This document shows, piece after piece, positions 39,501 to 51,500 of a stretch of DNA of 64,000 bases. Numbering within the stretch: position 1 is the stretch's first letter; every line of letters starts with the position of its first letter. The notes beneath the pieces are model-generated. The model did not search any database and had not been told where the DNA came from. It saw only the letters and a list, made by a program, of their open reading frames with translations. The position numbers and the translations under genes were made by a program. The DNA is from Laetmonice hystrix (Eukaryota). Location of the stretch: contig OZ249452.1 in the NCBI GenBank assembly GCA_965235115.1, forward strand, positions 12,710,001 to 12,774,000, given 5' to 3'.

Positions 39501-42500
39501 CTTGCACAATAACCTTGGATTCATAGACTGCTTCACCAATGTCGTTCTTGGCAACACATTTGTAGACACCACCTTGCTTCGGCGTAACCTTGGGGATGGT
39601 CAGCATACTGCTTTCCTGAGTTGTCACAATCTTGACCTTCAAGCCTGGATGGACCGGAACCTCATCCCTGAACCACTTGATCTGAGTTGGAGCTTTTCCA
39701 GTAAACTTCACCTGTAGCTCCAGTTTCTCATCAACCGTCATATCCTGTTTCAAAAATGTATCAGTGTTAGGAAATTGGCAGTGAAAAATAGAATATATTT
39801 CAATGTGAATCATTGTAACTGAATCAGACCAAATGTGTAATGGCTCTTAAACAGTCCTACTGGTCACTAAAAATATGCGACAGCTTAAATGGAATGTAAC
39901 TTACCACTTCCTGGAAGACTTCAGTAAACTCGGGAGTTCCCTTCCTCTTTGGCTTCTCCGGAATCTTTTCTGGAGATTTAGATTTCTCTTTTGGTGCCTC
40001 CTCAGTTTCTGGTGCCTCAGGGGATGGCTCCTCCGGCTTCTCTGGAGAAGGTTCCTTGGGCTTCTCTGGTGAAGGTTCCTTGGGCTTCTCTGGAGAAGGT
40101 TCCTTGGGCTTCTCTGGTGAAGGTTCCTTGGGCTTCTCCGGTGAAGGTTCCTTGGGCTTTTCCGGTGAAGGTTCCTTGGGCTTCTCCGGTGAAGGTTCCT
40201 TGGGCTTCTCGGGAGAAGGTTCCTTGACCACCTCCTCTGGTTTCTCAGGTTCTACAATCTCCTGCACAGGTTCCTCAATGACAGGCTCTGGTACAGGCTC
40301 GGCTGGCTTCTCTTCAGGTTGTTCAGGTTCAGGTTTCACCTCCTCAACCACAGGCTCTGGAACTTTCTCTGGTGATTTCTCCTTGGGCTTGCCAGGCTCT
40401 GTTAATAAAGCATTTACCATGGACACTTAAATATCAGGTCACATGCTTTAAAAGGCCTAAAATGACTTCTTTTTCTTAAAATTGTTAATTTTTTATTACC
40501 GTTATAGGAATGAAGGCTGAAAAGAAAAACTACATACCTTGCACAATAACCTTGGACTCATAGACTGCTTCACCAATGTCGTTCTTGGCAACACATTTGT
40601 AGACACCTCCTTGCTTCGGCGTAACCTTGGGGATGGTCAGCACACTGCTGTCCTGAGTTGTCACAATCTTGACCTTCAAACCTGGATGGACCGGAACCTC
40701 ATCCCTGAACCACTTGATCTGAGTTGGAGCTTTTCCAGTGAACTTCACTGGAAGCTCCAGTTTCTCATCAACAGTCATATCCTGTTTCAATAATGTATCA
40801 ATGTTAGGAAATTGGCACGGAAAAATAGAATATATGTTAATGTGAATCATTGTAACTGAATCAGCCCAAATGTGTAATGACTTTTAAACCGTCCTAATGG
40901 TCACTAAAAATACAGGACAGCTTAATTGTTAAGTAACTTACCACTTCCTGGAAGACTTCAGTAAACTCGGGAGTTCCCTTTCTCTTTGGCTTCTCCGGAA
41001 TCTTTTCAGGAGATTTAGATTTCTCTTTCGGTGCCTCCACAGCTTCTGGTGCCTCAGGGGATGGCTCCTCCGGCTTCTCCGGTGAAGGTTCCTTTGGCTT
41101 CTCTGGTGAAGGTTCCTTGGGCTTCTCTGGTGAAGGTTCCTTGGGCTTCTCTGGTGAAGGTTCCTTGGGCTTCTCTGGAGAAGGTTCCTTGGGCTTCTCT
41201 GGTGAAGGTTCCTTGGGCTTCTCTGGAGAAGGTTCCTTGGGCTTCTCCGGTGAAGGTTCCTTTGGCTTCTCTGGAGAAGGTTCCTTGACAACCTCCGCTG
41301 GTTTCTCTGGTTCTACAATCTCCTGCACAGGTTCCTCAATGACAGGCTCTGGTACAGGTTCGGCTGGCTTCTCTTCAGGTTTCGGTTCCTCAGGTAGAGG
41401 CTCTGCTGGTTGTTCAGGTTCAGGTTTCACCTCCTCAACCACAGGCTCTGGAACCTTCTCTGGTGATTTCTCCTTGGGCTTGCCAGGCTCTGTTACAAAG
41501 CATTTACCACGGACACTTAAATATCAGGTCACATGCTTTAAAAGGCCTAAAATGATTTCTTTTTTTTAAATTGTTACTTTTTTATTACCGTTATATGAAT
41601 GAAGGTTGAAAGGAAAACATACATACCTTGCACAATAACCTTGGATTCATAGACTGCGTCACCAATGTCGTTCTTGGCAACACATTTGTAGACACCTCCT
41701 TGCTTCAGCGTAACCTTGGGGATGGTCAGCACACTGCTTTCCTGAGTTGTCACAATTTTGACCTTCAAACCTGGATGGACCGGAACCTCATCCCTGAACC
41801 ACTTGATCTGAGTCGGAGCTTTTCCAGTGAACTTCACCTGTAGCTCCAGTTTCTCATTGACAGTCATATCCTGGAATGAGGGTGAAATGTTAAAATTGCA
41901 AGGGTTATGGTACACTGAACATAAAGTTAATCTTTATATAAATCTAATGATTAATACAAAAAAATATAAATCAAATGGCAGGTGACATACCACTTCCTGG
42001 AAGACTTCAGTGAACTCGGGAGTGCCCTTTCTCTTTGGCTTCTCCGGAATCTTTTCAGGAGATTTAGATTTCTCCTTAGGTGCTTCCTCAGGTTTCGGTG
42101 CCTCAGGGGATGGTTCTTCAGGCTTTTCAGGAGAAGGTTCCTTGGGCTTCTCTGGTGATGGTTCCTTGGGCTTTTCAGGAGAAGGTTCCTTGGGCTTTTC
42201 AGGCGAAGGCTCCTTTTTCTCCTCGGGCGCAACTTCTGGCACAACCTCTTCTGGGGTCTTTTCAGGAGACTTTTCAGGTGTTCTTTTTGGTGATGCTGGG
42301 TCAGTGTCAGAAAAGTTACATAATACATTAGGAGGGCTGATAAGCGGCTGATGATAACTGGCGTATTTTCTGTTTACTTTCAGTAGTTGTATATCTTGCA
42401 TTCTATAAATTCCTTTTATTGAATAATTAATGGTATATGATCCAAATTTAACAGTTATCCACTTGACACTTTACAATATGATACTAATCCGACTTACCAA

Positions 42501-45500
42501 TGACTTTCAGTGTTGCTGTGCACGTGTCCTCGCCAGCAGGATTCTTAGCCACAAACTTAAATGTTGCTGTGTCTTCGGGTTGAGCCTTTTCAATGGTCAA
42601 CCCCAAATGGACTTCTCCGGCAACATCCTTAGTGTCTACCTTTATATGGTCATCCTTCTCCACTGGTTGGTCATCCTTGCACACAGTTATATCAGGTTTA
42701 GGAAGCCCCTTGGCACGGACACCATACTTGACTGGTTGATCTTCCTTGACCTCTTTGTTCATGGGCCTCAAAGTGAACTTCGCAGGTTCCATTTTTTCAC
42801 AGACGGTGACGGTAGCAGAGTGCTCTGCTTGGCCAAACTTGTTGGTGGCAACAGTTCTGTATGTGCCGGACATCTGCTTGGTGACTCCCGTGATAGTCAG
42901 TGTGCACTGTTCGTCCACTCGGGTTATCTTGTTCTTGAAGGTTGGTTTCAGTTCTATAGTGTCGCGGTACCATTTGACCTCTGGCTCAGGTTTTCCAATG
43001 ACCTTACTTTTCAGGATCAGTGTCTTTTTCTGCTCCAGCGTCTATGAAAAAGCGATAAATCTCAATCAAAACTGAACTCTTCACTACGTCATAAATTTAA
43101 GACATATTAAATTTAGGAGAATCTTCCCTTTCCTTACTCTTGTCCCTGTATCAATGCATTCAATTCTTCTTTGAGTTATCCATATCTATTGCCTGGTATG
43201 TGTGAATGTGTATAAAAATAGCATTGTTTGTATTGTGCATGAAGTTATTTTATTTTACTCTAGAACCTAATAATAAAACTAGATGACTTGTATGCTGCTA
43301 CTCACCACACTCTCATACACCTCGACGAACTGTGGTTCGTTGGTTTTCTTCGGTTCCACATCCAGCATGAACGTGCAGGAAACCTCTCCGAACGGATTTC
43401 TTGCGATGACTTGATATTCACCAACATCATTAGGTGTGACCTCAGTGATTTCTAGATGGTGAAGGTCATATTTGAAGGTCACCCTGTAACGTCCTTCAGG
43501 TTTGATTTCCTCTCCGTTGTAGAACCAGGTGACGTCAGGAGTGGGTTCACCAATCACTTGACAACTGAAGTTTGCAGTCTGACCATCAGTAACCTTACTG
43601 TTCTTGGGTTTGATGACAAACTCCGGAGCCGTACCCTGGGGTTCCTCAGGTGCAGGAGCTTCAGGCTCTGCTCAGGACAGAACCAGAACGCTGTCATTTC
43701 AGACTGATAACGACAGACATCTACCTCAGGGTTGTGCTAAATTATCTTGTTCCCAGGACCCAGTTCGTAAAAACTTAAGATCTTGCTTAAGTTTTAACCT
43801 GAAGGCTTCTGATTGGCTGGTCTTGTAAATTGAGGGATCTATTGTTTCCAGGTCCAAACAGGAAACAGGTTATGTATAGGGATAAATCAATACGACCTCT
43901 GCTAATATTAGACTCTATGCACAGTTAAAAACATTGGAAACATTTTTTTCTTACTGGAGTACGGCACTATCGTTTCGGGAGGGGGAAGGTTCAGGGGGGG
44001 GGGGGGGGTTGAACCCCCCTCCCTTGGCAGTCATCTTTTCTGTTTTTCCCTATAGAACTTTCTGTATTCATCCTGGTGCCCCCCTTAGCAAATACTACCC
44101 CTGAATCCCAACCCCCCTATAAAACTACAGAAACGTGAATACGTCTAAATACCCTTTACATGGAGAAATCAAAATATCAAACTACTACGGCACAGATATA
44201 GTGTACCTAGGACGCTGACGTAGACAGTAAAAGTATCCGAGCCCACTGGGTTGGTGATGGTTACGGTGTATGGAGCCTCATCCGTTTTCTGAGCGTCAGT
44301 AATCACCAAGGTAACCGTATCCATGGTGCTGTCCATCTGGTACTTGTCGCTAGGGGTGAGCGTGGTGTCTGGAGTAGACCAGGTCGGTTGTGGTTGGGGG
44401 ACTCCCTCGTATGTACACGTTATGGTGACCGTCTCACTTTGCATCACAGTGATCGACTCCGGGCCACTCAGGAACCGAGGGCCCTGGGGAGCTGCAGGGT
44501 CAACAGGAGCTTGGCATTTAGAGTTATGATTTAAATTGGGTTTTATAGTTCAGCAACAGCTAAAGTCTGAGTGAGGCGGCCAGATTTATTGGAGGACATG
44601 ACTGGAGTATCCGGGGAAATCACCGACCTGACGGCAAGTATCTGATAGACTTCCTCACAAGTGGCTCAAGGGGGAATCGATTCCGGAAACTTGTGACACT
44701 GGGCCACAGCCGTTCTAACAAATTTCAAGACAGGTGTTTTATGATATCTGCCGATTCTAATGTGAAACCAGGCACATATTGTCTGGAGCCAAATACAGTA
44801 AACTTGGAGAAGCGGTGTCGACTTTTTAAAGTTCGGGTTAGGTCCTCAATTATAATATTTTGCCCTCTTTTCTTTTGTTTTCATAATAATCTAATATAAT
44901 ATGAAGGTTGGAGGTAGGGGGTGGGGTGGATGCGTGGATCATGCCTATTGAAAGGATGTTTACGGATGAGAGAATAGTAGCACTAAAGTACTGGGATATC
45001 ATCACAGTATTGTAAAGCCTTTTGTAACACTAAGTCAAGAAGTTAGTTTGCGGAGACATTGAGTCTAATAACATGCGTTTCAAGGATATAAATTATGGAT
45101 AAAGAGATACAGAGAATACATCCACTTACTTACCAATCCCTAAATACAACTACCGGGTAACAATCGTAGCCGTGATGTCCGTAAATACACGCATATTTTT
45201 TTTTATCGTGGCCCCAAATATGAGACAAGCTGATGCTTACTTCCAAAAATATGGTCCAAAATGCCAAGTGTTTACCAAACCAGAGATTTACGTATGGTTC
45301 TTTACGCTTGCTTTGTTTACATTCCGAAATTTACATTTCCTTTTCTCAGAATTGTGCCCACTGCCAGATTGGGTACACGAATACAGGTCTTCATAAATAT
45401 CCGGGTGGGATACTGGTTGTTTCTTGGGGTGTCTTCAATGGGATATCTTCTATATTCCTTCAAGTCCTACTGGATGAAATTTTGTTTTTAATTATTTCTT

Positions 45501-48500
45501 GTTGCTGATCTTAACACTTAGATACTTAAGGAAAAGGGCACCTGCAAAGCTTGAAACTCTTGGTCCTGTTTTTGAAAGTTTTATCAAGATCTTAAATTTC
45601 ATTAAAAAAGGTCGTGCTCCTACTATGTCTACACATGCAAAGATCATTAGCTATTATCAAGAAATAACACAGTAACAAATAAAGTCGATTCACGATTCAC
45701 GATTTGAAGACTTGTTTTTCTAAACACTGAAATGTTGAACTGCAAAGCTTAAAGCTCTGTTCCTTTCGCTACACATGCAAAATACAATACATTTTGAAAC
45801 TTTAAAATATAAGACAATAAAAAAGTCAAACGAGCAAACATCCAATAAAAATAGCATTAATCTTTATTGCTTACAAAAATCAGTAACAACTGTTGCTGGC
45901 AGCAATGAACACATGTTATGAGTTGCCATGGTTACAAGTCAACACGTCGCCCAACCACCATGCTATGTTTCCTTGGAAACAAGAGGATGCAAAAAAATTT
46001 ATAAAGGTCAAGCATGGGAACATCACACTGCACATAGCCACACTGTACGTCTACATCTAAAAACCAAGGTTTGGAACCCACAGCCCGAGGAGGTGGACAA
46101 TTCGTTCATGCCCTACCAATATCTAAAAAAAACCTTTCAAAGGAAGCTCAACTCAACTGTGTAAGCTCCCGCCTTTGAAGACTACTAACTAAACCTGTAC
46201 AATCTAGCCCGAATTGGGATATGCACCGCTTGGATCATGATATTATCTATATAAAAATCAGTGACCGCATAAACAGGAGTGAAATGGGAGTGCAACACTA
46301 CATCAGGTGAGATGTGATTCATTATAGTACAATTAACAATCAGGGAGGAAATCAGGAGTAAAATACATCTAAATATCATGTTAGAATATGTACACGAGTA
46401 AAAGGAACTACAATGGGTCGATATGAAAAGATCAAAAATAAGACGCACCAACAACCATAACAATGACTAACTGGCCATCAAGTGACTCGTAAAGAAGAAT
46501 CATGTAATTAATATACATAAAAACCTTAATGGTAACGTAAATAAGTACAAAAATATTACATCACTTCAGTTATCTATAAATTACTTATAACGGAAGTAGT
46601 CCATCTTTAATCTTCACATTTAATGGGACATCAGCAATTGTGTTCCGGCCAACACATGCAGACTCTTGTAAACTGTGCCAATCAAAGCAATGAAACTGAA
46701 ATATTGGTAAGAGATTTATGATATTTAAACAAGTATACCAAATAAAAAATAAGGCCAGTGTTTTACTAAGTCAACACCTCCCGTAAAGCCACAGGTGTGA
46801 GGACCCATCCGAAACACAACATAAGTAAATTAATACTGCCTTATTCCCAGTTTTGGTGCCAATACGTTTTTGACTCATCCAAGCCTTTATACCAGGATCT
46901 GAGAATTCTATTGGGAGTTTTCTCCAACGTCGAACAGCAGAGGGATCTCTCCTGACTTCTCCTCTGATATCAGTCAAAGCTTGAAAGCTGAGCGTAGGTC
47001 AGGCACAATCCAGTATGATTAAACGCTATGACGTCATATATTACGTCACATTACGTTATTACGTCATATAGCAACAAAAATGTGGCAAATCCAACACCGT
47101 ATGACGTCATTCCATGCAAACACACACCCGGGACGATGAACAACAGAAAATGAAATCTCAAACACACCATAGAATGGGAATGATTCGGAATGGCCAAGTA
47201 TCCTGAATTAACTATGAGTGGAATGGCATGTCTGCATGCTAATCCCTTTTCTTACCGTTTTATTTTGTTCTTTCTTATGATTGATTTTATTAATTTATTA
47301 ATTCCTTTGCTCGCGATTTTAATTATTTCAAATTTCAATGAATGCTGTTCTAAGAGCCACATTGAGTTGTAGCTTTGAGGATGAAACCTTTTAAGTTTCA
47401 CCGCATGGAATGAACAACGAAACGAACACCTCAGCAGTTCGTATCGTATCATTAATTGCTTCATCAGTCATTATTATGTATTTTAGAAAATGCTGCGTCA
47501 AGGCTGCTGCAAATGATAGTGTCACCACCTAGCGTTGAGCGACCAGCATGAGCATGAAGAGGACAAGACACAGGACGGAAACCATTATTATAAAGAAAGG
47601 CAGAAAACAATCGGAGGCCCGCAGCAAGTTTAGAATTAGCACGCAACTGACTGCAGAATATACAAGGGCAGAAATTTGAACTTTTGGAGGAGGTTCTCGC
47701 TCGTCCTCACATGTACCTGTAATCAAGACAAAAAACTTCTAAATAATGAGAAAAATAACGTCCAATCAGGTCACGAGTTTCTCGGCAGTCCGAGGCTGAG
47801 GCCTTGAATGTTGAAAAATCTGGCAAACACATCTTAGCTGTACCCTACGTACTTAATTATCATACAGGGAATTCATTAATTAATTACAGACATGACTTAA
47901 ATTATACAACAAAATGAAAGGCATTGCCTAGATTAGTTGTCCTAAGACACGGAACCTTATCCATAGCATCTAATAAGGAGTTATTCCAAAAAGGTATAAA
48001 TAAACAGAAATAATTGAGCTACAGAATTCATCAAAAAGATAGCTTAAACTCTAGGGATTCCTTAGCGAGCGTACTACGCAGTTTTTAAACTACATAGTTA
48101 GAAGAGGAGCAATTAAATAGAGGACCGATTTTATTTTGTTTGGCAATGTATGAGAGAAGTCCACGTATCCGTTAAGGGTTTAGTGTTGCTATTCTCCACT
48201 AAATTATTTGGATAATTACAAAACTAGAGTTTACTAAATGGAATCATTAAAAGCAAGTGGATTATTGTAGATACCTTTGACACTAAAAATAGGGGCGAAT
48301 TCTATCCTATTTTCATTTCGGGCACTAAAAACTTTGTTATTCCCTCATCTCAAAACTAGCCTTTATTGGATCCGGCCAATGTTGGTTAGTCGTTTATTAT
48401 AGCCATCTTGGGCTGCTAACATGCTGTAATGTCTAACAGCCGAAATGGGTTCATTCAACCTTGAGATGACCTTCATGAAACCTTTGCCCCAATTAAAGTG

Positions 48501-51500
48501 GGGTGTGTCGTCATGAACTCTGACCCATTTGACCTGATCATGACCCAATTACATTAATTTCACATGCTGACGTTCTAGGACGGGTTACCTGGCAACCACA
48601 TGCACTTAGAGATCACTCATTGGTGCAACAAACACTCGACATTCAGCAGAAGTAGATAACACATGCTGTTAAAAATTGAATTCATTCATCCCTCTCTGAG
48701 ATTATTAGGGCTGGCGATCTCTAACATATAAATCCAGAAATTCCAAGAAAAATTACCAACATATTTACAAACCGACCAATCATGCCGTACTATTTTCATG
48801 ATTAATTATTTGATTATGAACCGTACTTTATCCCTATAGCGCACATGCTGGTGATCCTGGCTTTTTGATAACATCTTACATCCGCTGACCTTGAGTTTAT
48901 TCTCTGATGCAAGTCCTGACATGTAGCAGTTTGTATGGCTAAGAGGTATGGTGTAAAACTACCCATTGGTTATAAAATCATATTGAGGGTAGACCCTGTA
49001 CATGCTTGACAGACAGCTACAAGGTTTCACGATGCAAGGGGAGTCATTCAAGTTGATCTTCAGGTAACCTTGGGGCTAAATATACATCCTTACTGTATTG
49101 CTGACAAAGCAGGGTTGCTATGGGAACAGGTAGGATGTGATCCAGCCCTAAATAGGTTGCCATGACTACCATGCTGAGGAGGACACACAGCAAGTGTGAA
49201 ACAAATTCCCACAAACCTTGTGGAATCAGATTTGCTGAGGTTATGGCCTCTCCTGCCACATTCCGTGCACGACATGTATATGTCATCTCTGTGTCATCGA
49301 TCGTGACGCGAGTGATCGTCATGGTGGTTCGTTCCTCCACACGGGTCATCCGGTACTTTTCAGACTCCGGTATATCCATACCAGACACAAGCCATGTTGT
49401 CTCGGGTTCAGGCTTTCCGGTCGCCTTACACACCAAGGTCACGTCATCGTTCAAGGTCACTGGAGTGTCCTTGAGAGGTTGTGTAAATCTGGGTAGTTCA
49501 AACTCGATGTAGACACCACAGGTTGAAGAGATAGTGCCCGAGTCAGTGGTGACCGTGATGGTGTATTCACCTTCGTCATCCAGATCAGAGTCCGGAATCA
49601 CCAAGGTGAAGGTCAAGTCATCCGTCTGCGATTGGCTGTAACCAAGCAACGCACTCTACAAACGCTTGTCAAACACGCAGACAAAGGGGACGGCAATGAA
49701 GAACCGATACTTGAAATGTTATATCACTGTAGATATCGCAAAATATTGTTATACAGTGTTCAACGACAACTTCAAGAAGACATCTGAAAATTATACAACT
49801 TAAAAGTAAGTACTTATAGGTTTGCACTCTAGTGGTGGCCACATACATGTATCTGTCTCCGACGACCTCTTCCGAGTCCTTGAGCCAGCTGACCGTAACC
49901 TCCTCTTGGGTGGATACCTGAGAGGTGAGGGTGATGGTTTCTCCCACGGTCACGTGAACCGTCTCCAGGGCACGCAGGAAGGTCAACCCCTCCGGGCCGA
50001 TCTCTGTCACCTCCAGCTGAACACAAACACACAACAAAACAAATCATGAAGGACAAACACAACCACACAACAAAACAAATCATGGAGGACAAACGCAAAC
50101 ACACAACACAGCGAGATATTCCCCCATGGTAAAATTCCCATGAAACTGGGGGTTAGGGGGAGGGCTATGGACAGAAATAAGTATTTCGATTCGAGGTTTG
50201 ACATTAAGATGCCAATTTAGAATGGAAAGGAATGCTCAGGAACTTGAGCTTTATCATAGATGAGAAACTTCCTGACAAGGCATTTTTTTCAAGATTCAAA
50301 CCAAGTGCTGTGTGAACACAAAATAATATAACATATCTCACTCCCACTATTTTTAACTGCCTTGAAATCTGTGCCGTTGCCATGACAGTTTCCATAGCAA
50401 CCTTACCTCCTTGGTCCTCATTTCCTTGACGACCTGCCTGGCCTGCATCCCACGGAAGGCTGCCTGAATCTTAACGGCGGCATCTTCCCGTGTATCATCG
50501 TCTGTGATCTCAGTCACCAACAGGCTCTCGTCCGCGAAGGTTTCTATTCCAACAAAAAGTCATACTCGAGTCATGTCAAGGAAAACACTATGTGCTCTCA
50601 GAAATCGATCACAATCTAGTTACGTTATGTCACTATGAAATATACTTCACAGGAATAAACATGAAGAGTTGCCGTCGTTCTTTTTGTTCAACTACCTGTT
50701 ATCAATTACATTATCATGCTCAACAAGTGAAAATGCAAGAATTTAAGGCAAATATAGTTTAACTCGGACAACGCCAAACTCATACATATCACTATCAGAA
50801 CACGAATAGACATGCTTTCAGAAAGTAATAGTGTTTGCACTCAAACTGAAGTGATTCATAGTATGCAACAGAGTCAATAACTTTGGTAAAAAAAGGCAAA
50901 CATGCATAGCACACTCAATGTTCACAATCATGATGCTATTATGTCACTTCTAATCATTTCATCAAATATTTGGCAACATGACATGCAATTTTCGTTTGCA
51001 AACTATCCTTGTAAAATTGTAAGAATCCATGTGTTCTTACCCTGCATCTTACAGCTTAACCAAATACGAATCTATTAGAACAGGCATACAATATTTGGTC
51101 CAAAAATGTGTTATATATAAAAAAAATTTGCTTTTTTTCAAAATATGTGACGGATTTGACTGACATAATTTCAAGAAATATTATGCAAAAAAGTGACACA
51201 CCCTGATTCAGCATTTGAACTTTGACCCTATACTTTTCTTAACCCTTGGTCCTGTAGGTACTTTATGTTTATGTTTCGATGCATTCGTGTATAACTGAAG
51301 AGAACAACATGCAATTAGTGACACACACTTACCATCCACAATAAGGATAGCGTTTCTCTCCTGGATTCCGCCAGCATTGCTGGCCTCTACAGTGTACACC
51401 CCGGCATCCTCCGGGAACGCTTCCGGGAGATACAGAGAGTGCATCCCATCATCTCCTTCCTCGATACGGTAAATCTCAGGGTCATGCACGGGTTCACCCT

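Larger units (their letters stand above)
27634..42295. repeat. Tandem array of 16 two-exon [PEVK-like linker + Ig] units, period about 0.75-1.1 kb
   Basis: Near-identical Ig exons and conserved introns. Confidence 0.95.

Noticed and set aside
898-41569. Numerous plus-strand ORFs (MPSAVTLVRSSG..., MGFSSGLGASGEG..., MHNNLGLIDC...)
   Set aside because: They are antisense shadows that overlap the minus-strand Ig and PEVK exons exactly and repeat with them. They have no independent splice or domain evidence.
46771-46977. 68-aa minus-strand ORF as a first or internal exon
   Set aside because: No convincing in-phase GT donor and no domain similarity I can recognise.
47529-47716. KASH domain interpretation of the TM exon (PPP motif)
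   Set aside because: KASH has its PPPX at the extreme C-terminus after the TM; here EPPPK precedes the hydrophobic segments.
48363-48548. 61-aa minus-strand ORF as an extra exon
   Set aside because: Weak polypyrimidine tract, phase-0 acceptor incompatible with the phase-1 upstream donor, and no recognisable domain.
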